A stretch of DNA of 64,000 nt from Calcarisporiella thermophila CBS 279.70 (Eukaryota; Fungi; Calcarisporiellomycota). The stretch is taken from assembly GCF_041956535.1 (NCBI RefSeq), contig NW_027192225.1, forward strand, positions 64,890-128,889, in the 5' to 3' direction. Under the pieces are notes generated by a model that saw nothing but the letters and a program-made list of their open reading frames with translations, was not told the DNA's origin and made no database searches. Below are positions 37,153 to 50,975 of the stretch, one piece after another; within the stretch, counting starts at the first letter, position 1; the number at the start of each line of letters is the position of its first letter. The position numbers and the translations under genes are program-made.

Positions 37153-38317
37153 ATGAGCCAACCCGAAGTTCATCAGCTTGATCTGGGGCCCGTCACGGCC
37201 CATGCCTTCAACGGTGACCGCACCCAGGTCGCCGTCTCACAGAACTCCAATGTAGTTTACATCTATCGCCGCACTCCACAGGGCGGCTGGCAGCAGACCG
37301 ATGTCCTGACGGAGCACGACAAGCTCGTGACCTGCTTGGACTGGGCGCCTAACTCCAACCGCCTGGTCACCTGCTCGCAGGATCGCAATGCTTACGTGTG
37401 GAACCTGATCGATGGGAAATGGCGCCCTACTCTGGTGCTCTTGCGCATCAACCGCGCCGCCACCTACGTTAGGTGGTCGCCTCTCGAGGACAAATTCGCG
37501 GTGGCGAGCGGTAGCCGCGTGATTGCCATCTGCCATTTCGAAGAGGGCAACGACTGGTGGATCTCGAAGCATCTCAAGAAGCCCATCCGCTCCACCGTCC
37601 TCTCTCTGGACTGGCATCCAAACAACGTTTTACTGGCCGCGGGCTGCGCGGATATGAAGGCGCGCGTCTTCTCCGCATACATTCGCAATGTCGATAAAAA
37701 GTACTCACCCTCCGATCCAACTCCCTCCACACCCTCGTCTGACCACTTCTTTTATTTTTGCACCATTTAGGCCGGCCCCCACCGTGTGGGGCGACAAACT
37801 GCCCTTCAACACCGTCTGCGGCGAGTTCGCCAATGGGACCGGCGGGTGGATCCACGGGGTGGCCTTCTCTCCGGACGGCAACGCGCTCGCGTTCACGGGA
37901 CATGACTCCACCATCACCGTCGTCTATCCCTCCGGCGACGGAGCCCCCGCCCACAGCTGCACCGTCAGCACGCCTTACCTGCCCTGCGTATCCCTGACCT
38001 GGGTGTCGCCGCAGCAGATTGTTGCGGTGGGGCACGACTGCAACCCCATGCTGCTCGAGACGCGGGATGGGCGGAACTGGGAGTTTGCGCGGTTTCTGGA
38101 CGAGGCGAAGCGCAAGTCGAGCATGCTGGGCTCCACCGCGTTCAACAAGTTCCGGCAGATGGACAGCCGCGCCCAGGTGGCCAGCGCCAACACGGATCTG
38201 CACACTGTGCATCAGAACACCATCACGATGGTGCGCAAGTACGCCACCAGCGGCGACCGCGCCACCCAGATCTCGACTTCCGGAGTCGATGGGCGACTGG
38301 TGGTCTGGTCCCTGTAG
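37153..38317 (+). CDS. ARC40: Arp2/3 complex subunit ARPC1 (WD40)
   Basis: [98 protein letters not shown]. One intron. Confidence 0.96.
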
Positions 38318-38946
38318 AGGCCGTAGGGATCCCCCCTCCTCCCCGAAGGTCCCCTCGACTTACCCCGTCTCGACCGGCGGCATGGCATCAGACTTTTTCT
38401 TGGCGGAACAGTTTTTATTTTCTCCCAACGTTAAGCAATAAAACACGGAGGGGGGAATAGAATGAAGTCACCAACTAAAGGGGTCATATAGCTCATTCAA
38501 TGCCAAAGAAACCTGTCTTTGTTGTATGAAAAAAAAAAACTAAATAAACGGAGGGGGAAAAAAATACAAGTTAGAGAAAAAGCAGAAAAAAGCAGGAAAG
38601 AGCGATGCTCGAACCATCCTCGAAAACGAAGTCGTCATTGCAAAGCAAGCGAATATCAAATAAAAATAGATATAAAATAAAAATAATAATAAAACGAAAG
38701 ACGAGGGAAATAAAAAGTTCTACTCTTGCAAAATGACTTTTAAGAAGTTGGCGAAAAAAAAAATGAGAAAATTGAAATAAAGTAATGAAGAATGACGGTT
38801 AAAATAGAGATAAACAAAATTAAGGATAAAAATAGCGAAAATAAAGACTCATCGAGAATATAGCTATCATATAAGAGAATGCGCTGGCGAAAGAAAAAAG
38901 ACCATGGGAGGGTCATTTCCCCCCCATTTTTCAAGCGATTCGCGCC

Positions 38947-41900
38947 CTACACCTCATCCCCATCCAGATTGATCAGGCTGTGCAGGCTCCTTTCAAACTC
39001 CACCGGATCGAATTCCACTCCACCCATGCTCATATTGAGGCCCATGCCCATGCCTGCCAGCGCGTCTACCGTCATTTGGGCACTCTCCGGTCCACAAGCA
39101 CCCTCGGCAGAGGAGGCCGAGAGCGAGGACGGGTTCGTGGTGAATGCGTCCATAAGCTGCGCAAAATGGTCGCTTGCGTTGGGGGAGAGGGCAAACTTCT
39201 GCGCGAGGTCGTTCTGCGGTTGGGTGCATTGAGCAGGGGGCTGAGCTTCCGCGAGATGCGGGGTGGGCAAACGGCTGCTGGAGCTGAAAAAGTCAAAGCG
39301 TTAATGCGCGCCACGGGACAATACAAGGGTCGCTAAAAAAGTTACCTGTTCTCTTGATCCTCCACCAGCGAAGGGACATCGCGCTCCTGCCACGGAGTCG
39401 TCAGACCCAGGCAGTTCGCAAGCGACAGGGCGAGGTTGTCATCGAAGGGGAGTGACAAGTCAAAGCCCCCGCCTCCACCTCCGACCTGGGTCGCATTTGC
39501 ACCACTCTCGCCAGGCGCCCCACTCAATCGACTCGAGTCAGCCGAGGCCGACACGGCCGAAGTAGAAAGGGACGCGTCCTCCCCGGCGCCATCCTCCTTG
39601 ATATCCGCGTCCTCAAACTCCCACGGCATCGGCGATGAAGTCAGCATCGTGGTGCTTGCGCCTGTGTACCCGCCCGGCAGGCCTTGCTCGCTGGCAACCT
39701 CTTCCCAGTTGGCCACGAGAGTCTGATGGGGGTTGAGAAGAAATTCCTCGGCGCCCACAGCGCCGGCACCAAAACCAACCGAGTCCGAGAAGGGCTCCTC
39801 GTCGAGCATGCCGTCGAACAACCGGTCGAGACCCATAGGGGCAAACTCGCTGCCACTGCTCTCGCCGCTCTCCTCCAACTCGTTTTCCTCCACCTTTCTC
39901 GGGTAGCGCTGTGTCTGCTTGGCTTTTGTGTGCAGTTTGTGACGCAGCTGCGACTGCAGCACCTTCTCCTGCAGCTGCTGGTGCTTCCGCTTGGGCTGGC
40001 CACACGCGGCCGCGGCGGTGGAGGTCGAAAGGACGGCCAGAGTGGAATCGCCGGTGCATCTAGGGCAGTAGTAGTCTCCCCGCAGCTCCTGCTTCGTCTT
40101 GCTTACGCACTCCAGGTGCAGCCATGCCATGCAGCGGTCGCACTGGACCATGTCGCCCTCATCCTCCTGTGCGCCACAGATGCAGTCGATGACCCAGTCT
40201 CGATCGCCTCGCCTCCTTCCAGGTTGTGACTGGCGCTCGATGCGCTTCCTCTTTCTCCCGGGTCTCCCGGCACCACCCTGCGCCTCTGCGTCCCTCGCGC
40301 TCTCGCCTCGGGCTCTTCTTTCCGCGTGCACGTGGGCAATACCCTGAGTGGTGGGCTTCACAATGGGGCTGGACATCTCCACTCCGCTTCCGCTTCCGGG
40401 CCCACCGAAGAGCTCGCGCGTGGCGGTCTCCGCCTTCGCCTGAGAGAGAACGGTGCATCGCTCTTGGTGATACGCCAGCCCATTGCGGTTTTTGTACGTC
40501 TTCTTGCACCACGCACACACATAGGGCCGCTCCCCGTCCTCGCGTTTACGTTGCGGTTGCGAGGCTTTGCGTGCCAGCTGCTGCGAGGCGGAGGCCTCGC
40601 CGCTCTTGCGGTCATGGGCGAATCGTGCGATGAAAGGTTGGCCAAGGGTGGGAGGGAGGAGGGAGCCTGCCAGCGAGGCTGGGCGCTGAAGAGGGTGTCG
40701 CACTGTGGTGCTGAGGGAGGATGAGCCGCCGCCGCTGCTCAGGGTATGGCGCGGAGGCGTTGGATCCAGAAGCCTGTGGTTGACGGAGATGTGCCATTTT
40801 TGCGCAACACGCCCGGCTACCATGCCCTTATTATTTCCGATTTTACCGCCCCATCCGATGCATTTGGGGGCGCGCGGTGCCATCTTGAAGGGCCCCTCTT
40901 CCGATGCGCTCCCACTTGAAGAGCCGGCGGAGGAGGCGGAGGGAGCGGAGGAGACCGGGGTGAGGGCGGACAACGAAGCCATGCGTTCACGCATGACTTT
41001 CTCCTTTGCCTCGAGCAATCGCTGCTTCAGCAAGAGGCCGAGGGGGAGGTTGATTTTCTGCTCGTTTTTGTTGTCTTCGGCAAAGAGCTCGAGGGTGGTC
41101 TTGTCGAGCCGAAGCTTGGCGTGGGCGGGCCGACTCGAGCGATGAACAGGCGAGACCTTGGAGGGGGAGGAGGAGGAGGCGGGGAGGCCGATTCGCACGG
41201 GAGTTGGCGTGACGGTGGTGCGGAAGCGGCTGCTTGTGCTTGCGTGGCGCCGGGGGGTGAGAAAGAAGGGCTTCGGGTAGGCCTGATGGGGCTGCTGATG
41301 CTGGTGATGCTGCGGCTGTGATTGCGATTTGATGTGGAGGGGCTGCGACTGGAAGTGGAGCTGGAACTGGGGAGCGGCCGGGGGCTGCTCCAGCGAAGCA
41401 GAGGATTTTCTTGAGGTGGGGGATGGGGTTGTGGGGGAGGAGCCGCGCCCAGCGCGATGTCTGGGTGTTGAGGGTTGGTGGTGTTTCTTTCTGGATGCCC
41501 GCTGCACGTCCTCCGCCTTTTCCGCACCCGCGAACTGATCCATTTCGTCGCTCCCGGACGCGGGCCGCGTGCCCAGCCCCATGCCTTCTCGCAGTTTTGC
41601 CGATGGAATCCGCTTGTGAGGCGGTCGCAGCACCATCTTGCTTAGAGCTGCCCCATTGTCTCTGCAGTCAAACAGCGACTCGGCGGTCGGCATTGGGCCA
41701 CCGGCCATTCCCTCCTCAATGTTCTCCTTGCTTACATCGGAGCGTGTCAGCGGGGGTCTGGCGGGGGCAAGCGGCTTCAGTCGGGGCTCTCCTCCCTGAT
41801 CAGCGGCCGCCCATTTATTGCTCCGCCGCGTGTACTTGCGCTTCTTAGTGAGGGTATCTGGTGCTGCGGCTGATGTCAACATGGCCATGTCACTGGGTTT

Positions 41901-42390
41901 GCCTTCTAGCGGATCGGAAGCGGCATGGTCGTCGGCGGGGCGGCCACGCTTTTTTCGCTGCACGAGGGCCGCGGTGTTGGAAGCAGAATTGAGCCAGCTA
42001 GAATCGGAAAGGGCCCCCTGCTGCTGTGTTGGCAGCTGTTGTTGTGTTTGCTGAGATGGCATGGCTGAGTCAACCGGAGTCACGTCCACATTTAGGAGCT
42101 GTTGACGATTAGCAAAATGGCCACGCACTGGCGATGACAGGGTGCTGTGTGAGATGGATTTGGATGGGAAGGAAAGAATGTTTTGTTTAGTTTATGGCAA
42201 GGGCGCGGAGAGGATGACGATGCCACCCAAGCATAGACAAAGCAACACAGAAAATCTTGAGTTTACCTTGGACGTTCCACACGCGTTCGATTAGCTCGGG
42301 GCGATAATGGGACCGGATGTTTGGGGATGAAGAGACCGAAAGGAGTGGGTTTGCCCGGCTTTCGTGGACTGGGTGGTTTGATAAAGCCAT
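38947..42390 (-). CDS. Chromatin/transcription protein with AT-hook-like motif, Sfp1-like zinc finger and PHD finger
   Basis: RKKRGRP; RPYVCAWCKKTYKNRNGLAYHQERC; VIDCICGAQEDEGDMVQCDRCMAWLHLECV..YYCPRC. Three exons inferred. Confidence 0.8.
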
Positions 42391-44214
42391 CCATGGCCAG
42401 GCGTTGAGTAGATAAGCACGAGTAGATAGGGCTGGGGGGGGAGGGGAATAGTTTATTGTGTATTTATGTATAGCGCCAAGGGGGATTAGAGGATATTAAT
42501 TACTGGGACAGTTCTAATGGGCACCAATGAATGGCTGGCAAAAGAACGAGCAGCGCAACTAATATGCTGGCACGAAAAAAAAACGGATGGAAATGAGGAG
42601 GAAAGGTGCAGGGCAAGGAACAAGAAAAAAAAATCCGAAAATTTCTTGCTTTCAAGACGGCAGCCGCGTTTCTCTTTCTTTAGCCAGCCCAAAAAAGAGA
42701 AATTGCGGATGACGTCGACGCATGCACTCTGTTTCAAAAAAATTGCGTGTCGCGGGTGCCCAATTTCAGTCCATGCAGATCTTAAATTGTATTAAGGCCC
42801 AAATAGAAAAAGCCAACCTCGACATGAACCTTAACAGGCCCCTCAGCCGCCCAGCCGCCTCCTTCTCTCCCACAGAGGCCGTGGGCCGATCCAAGCACAT
42901 CCTCGTGCAGGCCTCCTCGCATCTCCCCTAGCCTATGCCCTCCTCCCCGCAACGCAGCTCTACACGTCTCCCTCTGCCCTCGCCCTCTCGACGGGGGGGC
43001 GCTTTCCCACCCTCGCTTTATTAGGCGTAGGCTTCTCCCCACGCCCTCGCCTGTATATTCAATAGTCGGGTTGAGGGCCGGCCAGCTCATTGGCAGAAAT
43101 CGGACCGTGCTGTGGCCCAGCTCCACCGTGTGCGCGTGGAGAGATCGGGCCGGTTCCCATGCGGCCCCCTTATAAATCGGCCCTTCCTAGAGCGGCCGTG
43201 GACGGGCCACAAGTGGCCTGAACCGAGGGGGAGGGGGGAGGAGAGGGCGTCCCCTCTCTTCCTTTTTTTGCGAGTGAATCTTCCACGGAGAGCCTAAGCT
43301 TTGCGACGTGCACATTAGAATTTCTTGTATTCAAATCCTCTTGGCCACTCACACCGGGCAGGCTGGGGATACGAATCCAAACACAATCTCATCTCTCTGC
43401 TTTGTCGGGGAGCGCAATAGAGTTCCCCTGACAAATGGCGCGAGCCACGTAGTTATTCGGGCTGTATAGCTCGTCCCGGCCTCAGCGTCTCGTTTAAACA
43501 ATCAACCCTCCTCTTCACTAACATTCGAATTCAAGAAGAGTCTGGGCCATGCCCCTCGGTACTTGAGGGCGGTCCACAGCCCTCGGGGCCACACAGGCCC
43601 GGAAACCTGCTTCCAGCAGTTAGCTGTAGAGATTAGTCAGAGGCCTCTCACACACTCTCCCCCCTCCCGCATTCTCGACCGGAATCCCGCCCTAGCGCCG
43701 GATGCTTTTTGCATATATTTCATCTTATGCCCTTATTAAGCCAAACAGAAAACAAGGGTGACGTGCACGCCAGGGAAATTTCACGGGGTTTCAGAAGCGT
43801 CGGAATGGTTTGAGAGGGGGGGATGCCAGTCGCGAGTTTCCTTTCCAGGGGGTGATCTGCGGAGTTTTTTTTTTTTGGGGGGGGGGGGTGAGTGCTGGAT
43901 TTAGTTTAATGGCCTAGAAGAGAAAATGAAAACCCAATCTATTCTAGGACCAATGTCGTGCGAGGACCCGCCAGGCCATTCCGGCTATCCGTGAATGAGG
44001 AAATATATATATTTTTTAGATATTACTATTAATTATTGACGGAGATGAAAATAGAGAAGCCATTAATAAAGGAAAGAAAAAATAGAACTCATGGTAATAG
44101 GCACGAACCCTAGTGCGGTTATACAAATGACAAAGAGAGGAAGACAAAAGAAAAAGAGAAAAAGAGGAGAGAGAAAAAAAAAGAGAGAGTCAATGGCACC
44201 AAAACAGTGTTCCT

Positions 44215-46062
44215 TCATGCTTTTTCTGGCCCATTGCACGCGCTGCGGTAGGCCTCCGTCTTGACAAACTTGGGCACGGAGTCTGTGCTTAGCAGATACT
44301 CGATATGCTCGCGCACCGTTGCATAGAGCTTGGCAATGGTGTCGATGATGGCGGGGGTGACGTGGTCGAGGGAGGTGGCGGTGGAGGCGGCGGGGGAGGA
44401 GGAGGAGTTGGTGGTGGCGGAGGAGGAGGAGGAGGAGGTGGTGGTGGTGGTAGTGGTGGTCGTGGTCGTGGTGGTCGCGGTCACGGCGGTGGTGCCCGCA
44501 CTACCGTTGGCCGAGGCTGGGGTGCTGGTGCCGCCGTTGGCGGGAGAGGGGGAGGCGGAGGAGCTCGTGGAGGCAAGCCCGACATTGGTCATGTACTGGA
44601 TCATCTCCTGTCGGAGCGCGTGGTCGATGTTGATTTCGGAGGGGGAGCCGGGGGCAAGATAGGTGGAGTAGATGGCGAACGCCAGCCCCACGGACTCCTT
44701 GTGGGACCCCGTTCCGTACGCGCGGGCAAACTCCTGGTACTCCGCCCAGAACGCCAGGTTCTCCTCGCAGAAGTTCGCCTTGAGGAACTCGCGGAAGAGG
44801 GGGAGCAGGTGTTTGTGGGACAGGATCTGCTGCAGGCGGGCCGAGTTGGACTCCTTGGAGTCGAGGTGCAAGTCGAGGAAGCTCTGGCCGCTCGACACGG
44901 TGCGCGACCGCGACCGCGACCGTGGCGTATACGAGAGCATCTCCTTCAGCCCCACCACGTCCGCCGCGGACATGGACGTGTCGGCATTCCTCGGGATTTT
45001 GGCGGAGAGCGGGCGCGGGGGCCTGTCGCGCTCCCGCCGGCCGCCCTTCTCCTCGAGGGCCCAGCCGGCGATCCGCTCGCCGTCCTCCGTCAGGCGGTAG
45101 ATCACGCCCTTGTTCGGCTGGATCTCCTTCTCCTCCCCCGTCTGCTTCTCCGTCTTGTCCACGATCTCCTCGATCAGGTTGAGCCGCATGAACTCCTGCC
45201 CGATGCGCATCGCCTCCTGCCGCGACACGACGGTGGTGAACTCGCACAGCCAGTCCAGGGCCGCGAGGCCATGAAACGTGTTGCGATACAGGGTGAAGAA
45301 GAGCTGGCGGTCCTTGACCTCGACCCCCAGCGAGCGGTTGACCTCCCCCGAGGCAATCGAGGAGGTCTCCGCGTCGTCCGACATCGCGTTGTTGGGCTTT
45401 TCCCCCGCGAACCGCTTGAACACCGACCGCGTCAGGTCGGGGGTCATCAGCAGCGTGTCGTCATCGGGGCGCCGCTCAAGCACCATCACCTTGATGGGGG
45501 TGATCAGCCCGAGCAGCGCCTGGAGATGGGCGGCGGCCAGATTGTTCTTGTTGATGAAGCGCTCCAGGAGGCTGGCGCCCTTGGCGGTCAGCCCGAAGAG
45601 CGCCTTGTCCTTGAAGGACCGGTTGCCCTTGTCGGCCGCATTCTCCATCAGATAGGCGTCCAGGAAATGCTGGCATAGGCTCCGCGCCATGTCTTTCGTC
45701 ATGCTGAACGTGGTGGTGACCGTGGTGGTGACTATGCGGGTCGGGTCCTTTGGGTCGGGCGCGCGGTTCGTCTGCGAGAAGCGTAATGACCGCAGGTTGG
45801 TGATGGCCTGTTCGGCAGTAAAGGTGTTTGAATAGGTGCGGAAATTCCGGCGATTCGTTTCCATGGGCAGCGAGACAACGAGGGTGGCGAATAAGTCATG
45901 GATGTCCTAAAGGGATGGGAAGGAGAGAGAGGAAGGAAGGGGAGGGGAGGGTGTCACAGATTATGATTCGAAGGGCAGAGAGGTGTCGGAGATGGGCCAT
46001 ACCTTGACAAAGGGGCGACCAGATTTGGTGGTCTTCATGGTTGTGCTGTTGTGAGATTGCAT
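44215..46062 (-). CDS. flbA: Regulator of G-protein signalling, DEP-DEP-RGS (FlbA/Sst2 family)
   Basis: MKTTKSGRPFVK|DIHDLFATLVVSL, FSQTNRAPDPKDPTRIVTTTVTTTFSM, DEP segment FHGLAALDWL, RGS segment FREFLKANFCEENLAFW..YLAPGSPSEINIDH..LLSTDSVPKF. Confidence 0.9.
44391..44477. repeat. Coding trinucleotide tract (GGA/GGT)n encoding poly-Thr/Ser inside the RGS domain
   Basis: The minus-strand translation is TTTTTTTTTTTTSSSSSS. Confidence 0.75.
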
Positions 46063-47667
46063 CTATGGGGTGGTAGGGGTGGAGTGGAAGGATATCCACT
46101 GTATGTTCAGCGCGGCTGTCTTGGGATAATCCCGAGAAAAAAGAAATGAGAGGGACTTGAAGGAAAATGATGGAACAGAATAGAATAAACTAAAGCAGAG
46201 ATGAAGAGAACAGCGCTCTCTAGTTGTTGCGCTCAGAGCATGTGAGAAAAGGGAGAGAGGGAGGGGGGGAGAAAGAATGGGATGGTTGAAGAGAGCGCGG
46301 AAATGCAAGGATGGAGATGCAGGGAGTATTTAGATGATGGAGGGAAGGGGAGGAGGGGGGAGCGACAAATATTATGACGGAAGCTGAGGAGAAACGAGAA
46401 CACGAAAGACTACCTGTTTCTTTTTGCAAAGGATTTAAAGTTGTCCTGTGTACGGACGTTTTTAATTATCTCTTAATTTGGCGAGGAATCTTCGTTTACA
46501 TTTTGAAAACACATCAACAAAGATCGAGGCCCCTCCTTGCAAAGAGCCGTGACAGCTTTTCCGGCCCCACCTGTCAAGCGGCAACGCTAAAATCCCCGCA
46601 AAGGGCCGCATTCCTGAGGCCCTCGCTCCCTAGCCGCACGATAGGCCGAGGCTCGAGGCGACCTGCCGACTCATGCTTCTCTTCTTGCCCCAAGAGAGAA
46701 ATGCATGAAATCTCTTGCTTAATTGCTCAGAAACCAACCAAGGCGCTAATGGCTGAATCCCTGCTGACGAAAGCGATGACCTCATTCTCGGGGGAGTCCC
46801 TGCCATGGGCAAATCCACCCCCGCTTCTATTCCCCTTTCCAGTCAGCGACGAATCCCTTCGCGTATACGTGGTCGCCGTCCGCGACCGCTGGCAAAGGGC
46901 AATGGCCGTCTAAGCAGAGCAATGCTAGTCCGCCTTCTTATTACGACAGACTCTCCTCTGAAGAGCACGGCGGGGTCTGGTGACCGCTATCTAGTTGTTG
47001 TTGTCAAGATCCGGCCGGGAGCCCCGCCCATACTATCCGGATCCCGAGTTAGGAATGCAGGCCAGGATGGCTTGTGGCGCAGCCAGTTGGGCTCATGAGA
47101 CCGAGAAGCATTGACAGTCCGCAAACCCGTTGAAATCGGAGTGGATCTTGCCAGTGCACATCCTAGATGCCGCTGTGCAAATCGGTTCATTGGTGCCACC
47201 CTGCCTACTGTTTAGAATCCATTTCCCGCTGCTTTCAAGCCAGAGCCATTAAGGTTGATTCTAGCCTGGAAAGCAATGCCGGCTGGAGCGGTGGGGGCCG
47301 TGGGCGTGGCTTTTTGCAAAGTTCGATGCCTTTTTAGGGTTTGTTAGCCAGGGCGGGCGATTTGTTAGCTGGCGTGCACAGAGAAGCCAAAGGTCAGCTC
47401 ACAACGGGTTCTCTGTTATCCGAAACTAAGCGCTCACAAAAATCTTTGTTTGTGCGTTTCAAGGCCCTTTTTCTCCCCCCGACCATTACCCGCTACGAGG
47501 AATGAACCATTGGAATCGGCCCATCTGAACTGCCGTTGTTGATCAACTCTGCCCTTGCCTTTGCTCCTTGCTCCCCTTTCCCTGCCCTCATCGCCTCTCC
47601 TCTCTTTTCTTCCTCCGCTTCTCGCGACCGTCTCCCCCCTCCCTTTCCGCTCTTTCATACTCATCTA

Positions 47668-49484
47668 ATGCATAGCTCGATACCCCAACTATCACCCAAG
47701 ACATCCCCGAGTCAGAGCGCATCCCTGCTCTGGTCTCCCGTCACCCCCTCATCTCCTTCTTGGAACCCTGCCGCCCTCTCCCCGCGCTCGCCCCTCGCAC
47801 TCCGAAGCCCCGTGCTCCCTTTGCATTCTCCCCGAGGCCATCGGCGGAAACCGTCCAATCCTCCCGAGACAGCCCCATGGCGATTAAGACGGCCAACCAT
47901 ATTCCAGTGCTTTGTCCTATTTATGTTATTCGCGGCGGGTCTCTACATCCTCAATGTCGGGCCGCTGTTTGCTACCAAGGATATAGAGCAGCTGTTCCGC
48001 ATCAAGGAGCAGAGCGTGGATTCGGAGGCTGCGCCAAATGAGGTTGACTTGCGGACCTGCGGCACATCGCCGTGCCGGTTCCTTTTCCCCATGTGGATAG
48101 GGGAGGGCGAGTCGAAGGCGCAGATCCACTTCCAACAGATTGCATTGCTTGCTGGCCAGCTCAACCGCACCATTGTTCTCCCCAATGCCTCACGTGGCCG
48201 CCTGGGAGCCTGCCAGAAGTTCCCATTCTCCCACTACTTCACCAACGAGACCCTCGTGCAGCTCAAGGAGCATTTTCGATTCATCTCGTACGAGGCGTTC
48301 GAGGCCTGGGTCCAGGAACGCGCCCCAAGTCCGACCGCCCAGTTCGTCTTCATTGAGCGCGAGAGCTCGAGCCTGTTCTCCTCCTGGTTCCCGCCCGCCA
48401 TCCCGAGCCTCGACACGCTCCTGAGCCAGTACTGTGTGAAGTCTCTTCGGCTGCGGCACAACATCTTCCGGAATTTCCGCTTCTTCGCCCCGAGCCCCAA
48501 GCAGCGGACGGAAGCCGAGATCGACGAGGTGCGCGCAAATCTGATCGACCGCCTGACGCAGCAGCGCCCCATCTTCTCGATGGCCCATCCGTTCTACCGC
48601 GCTTCCCCAGACGTCATGCTGGTGCGCTATGACTTGAGGCATCCATTGTTTGATGTTCCGGTGGCCGGCCCACCCCTCAACTATGACCACCGGTGGTTTG
48701 AAGAGGCAGCAAGTCTAGCGCGAACGTTGAGGCCCTTCATTGCAGTCCATTGGCGTATGTATCTTCTTTTGTTTCTTTAAGGACATCCCCCCCCTCCCCC
48801 CCGCCCCCTGTAGAAGAAAATTTCTCGTCCTCTCCGGGGTGGGATGCATCCCGCTTTGCCGTGGGATTGCATTCTAATTGTGTTGTGTGCAATGCATTAG
48901 GGATGGAGACGATGGACCCGTCGGTGCTTCCCACCTGTGCCCATCGCCTGGCCGCGTACCTTCGAGATCTCAAAACACGGTTTGGAATGGAAAACGTGTA
49001 TCTAGCCACAGACTATCCCCTCGAAGGCCGATATTCTCACTCGTCCACCTGGCATCTGGACCAGATGGCGCCCGACCATCACCGAGCCATTCGCGAGTTG
49101 AAGAGCGAGGTGGATCTGGTTTCGTGGATGACCATGTACGATGCAAAAACCCGGATGAAGGGCGCCGAAAAGGCGGCGGTGATCCAGGAGGCTATTCAGT
49201 CTCTGCGCAAGGCCGAGTGGCCGTTAGACGAAAGTCAAGGGCACGTCAAGAAGGGTCCGAAAAAGGATCTTACGGACGACCAGTTCGACCCCGGTCTCCT
49301 CGGCATCCTTGACAAGCTCGTGGCGACCCAGGCCGAATATTTCGTGACGGGCGCGGTGGATTGTGCAAAGGCGTCCAGCTTCACGGCGCAAATCGCAAGA
49401 GAGCGGGGGTTGAGGCTGCATTCCGAGATGGCGCTCTTGCCGGAGGAGGGCCGAGTGCTGAAGAATATCCAGGATTATTGGTAG
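47668..49484 (+). CDS. Type II membrane glycosyltransferase, O-fucosyltransferase (GT-B) family-like
   Basis: N-terminal TM (IFQCFVLFMLFAAGLYIL), IGEGESKA..LAGQLNRTIVLP, FIAVHWR|MET, VYLATD, GILDKLVATQAEYFV, SSFT. One intron. Confidence 0.75.
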
Positions 49485-49836
49485 CATGATGTAGAAGCCA
49501 TACGTTGGTTGTTGTTCTTGGTGGATTGACATGCTTTTTCATACTTGATCTTATTTGCTTATTTATTTATTTATTTTACTTTATTTTATTTACCCTTATA
49601 TTGGTGCCTCTCCCTCCCTAATTCACATCTATTCCTTGTATAAAGTCGATCCCAGAGAATGGACCCTTTTATTTTCCCATACGCCCTTGAATATGAGCTC
49701 AAACATCAGCAGGAGAAGGCGAAATGTGCTTCCATAAGTCAGGTCTTGATTTCTAGTCACCTGATAGAGAGTCTTTAAAATTGAGTGGTCACCGATTTCT
49801 ACCCGTTTCCCAACGGCTGGGAAGCTTTTCTTCACC

Positions 49837-50751
49837 ATGGAGTCCGATACGACAATAGAGCCTCTTTCGCTCACGGACAAGCTCAATCGCGAGACGCGTG
49901 CGATCCACGCACGGACCCACCATCTGATCGCCCTCAAGCTCGTGGCTGCCCTCACCGATCCGCGGATCTATCGCCAGCCCCTCCGCGACTTCTATTTTCT
50001 TTTCCGGATTATCGAGGAGGAATGGAGGACCCGAATGAAGACATGCGCTGTTCTGAAAGAGGCCTACATCGAGGACTTGATGAACAGGCGAAAGGCATTT
50101 GAGCGCGACTTGCGTGCCTATTACGGGAGGGGATGGAAGGATGTGAAGATCACCCCGAGGATGCTCGACTACACGGTGAGTTTGTAAACCCTGGAGTGGC
50201 CGTCATGAGGGGATGGAGACTAACTCGTATTTTTATGTTGCCCTTGCTTCCTTGCCCTCCGTGTCTCGCCAGAACCATGTGAGGTACATCGGCGCTTATT
50301 CTCCCGAGTTATTGCTGGCCTACGGGTAAGTACGAGCACGGGTAGTTTCTCCTGCTTGACTGAGAGTGATCCACAATCTCTGGCTGCCAATAGCTTTACC
50401 ATGTATGGTGCCCTCATTTCGGGAGGACAAACCATCCGCAGCAAGGTCCTGGCCCGCAAGCTCTTCCCCAGCAACGGAACCAACATATTTGTGTTCCAGG
50501 ATGCGCAGGGGGCGGAAATCGATACCAAAGTTCTTCGCCAACAACTGCACGACAAATTCAATCGCCTGGAGCTGAGCGAGGAAGTGAGGGAGCGCTTGGT
50601 GGAGGAGGCGAAGGAGATATTCCGAAGGAACATAGAGGTGGTGGAGGATATTAGTGGGGTGGAGTACTCGGTTGCGAGATGGGTGCTACTGGCAGTGTTG
50701 CTAGTGGTGCTGCTGAGATTGGGGTGGAAGGCGGTGGGCTATGTGTTGTAA
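49837..50751 (+). CDS. HMX1: Heme oxygenase with C-terminal membrane anchor
   Basis: LNRETRAIH (proximal His), FYFLFRIIEEE, RKAFERDLRAYYG, PELLLAY..MYGALISGGQTI, LVEEAKEIF, hydrophobic tail. Two introns. Confidence 0.88.
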
Positions 50752-50975
50752 TATGCTGCTTCTATCGTATGCTTCTCGGTTCCTCTAGGCTAACTCGCTT
50801 GTTTTTTGGATGTTTTTTTTTTCCTCTTGCCAGTCTATAAGGGTGCTCATTCTGAGCCATCTGCTTTCTCATCCTATTTCATTTGTGTTGTTTAGATAGC
50901 TCTTTTTATTTATATCCATGATCGGTATAAAGGGCGTTGCCATCCTAGCCGACTCTTTCTAATCATCCTAGAATG

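Noticed and set aside
44305-45678. 457-aa Gly-rich plus-strand ORF
   Set aside because: Antisense shadow of the RGS gene; the poly-Gly arises from the Thr/Ser repeat.
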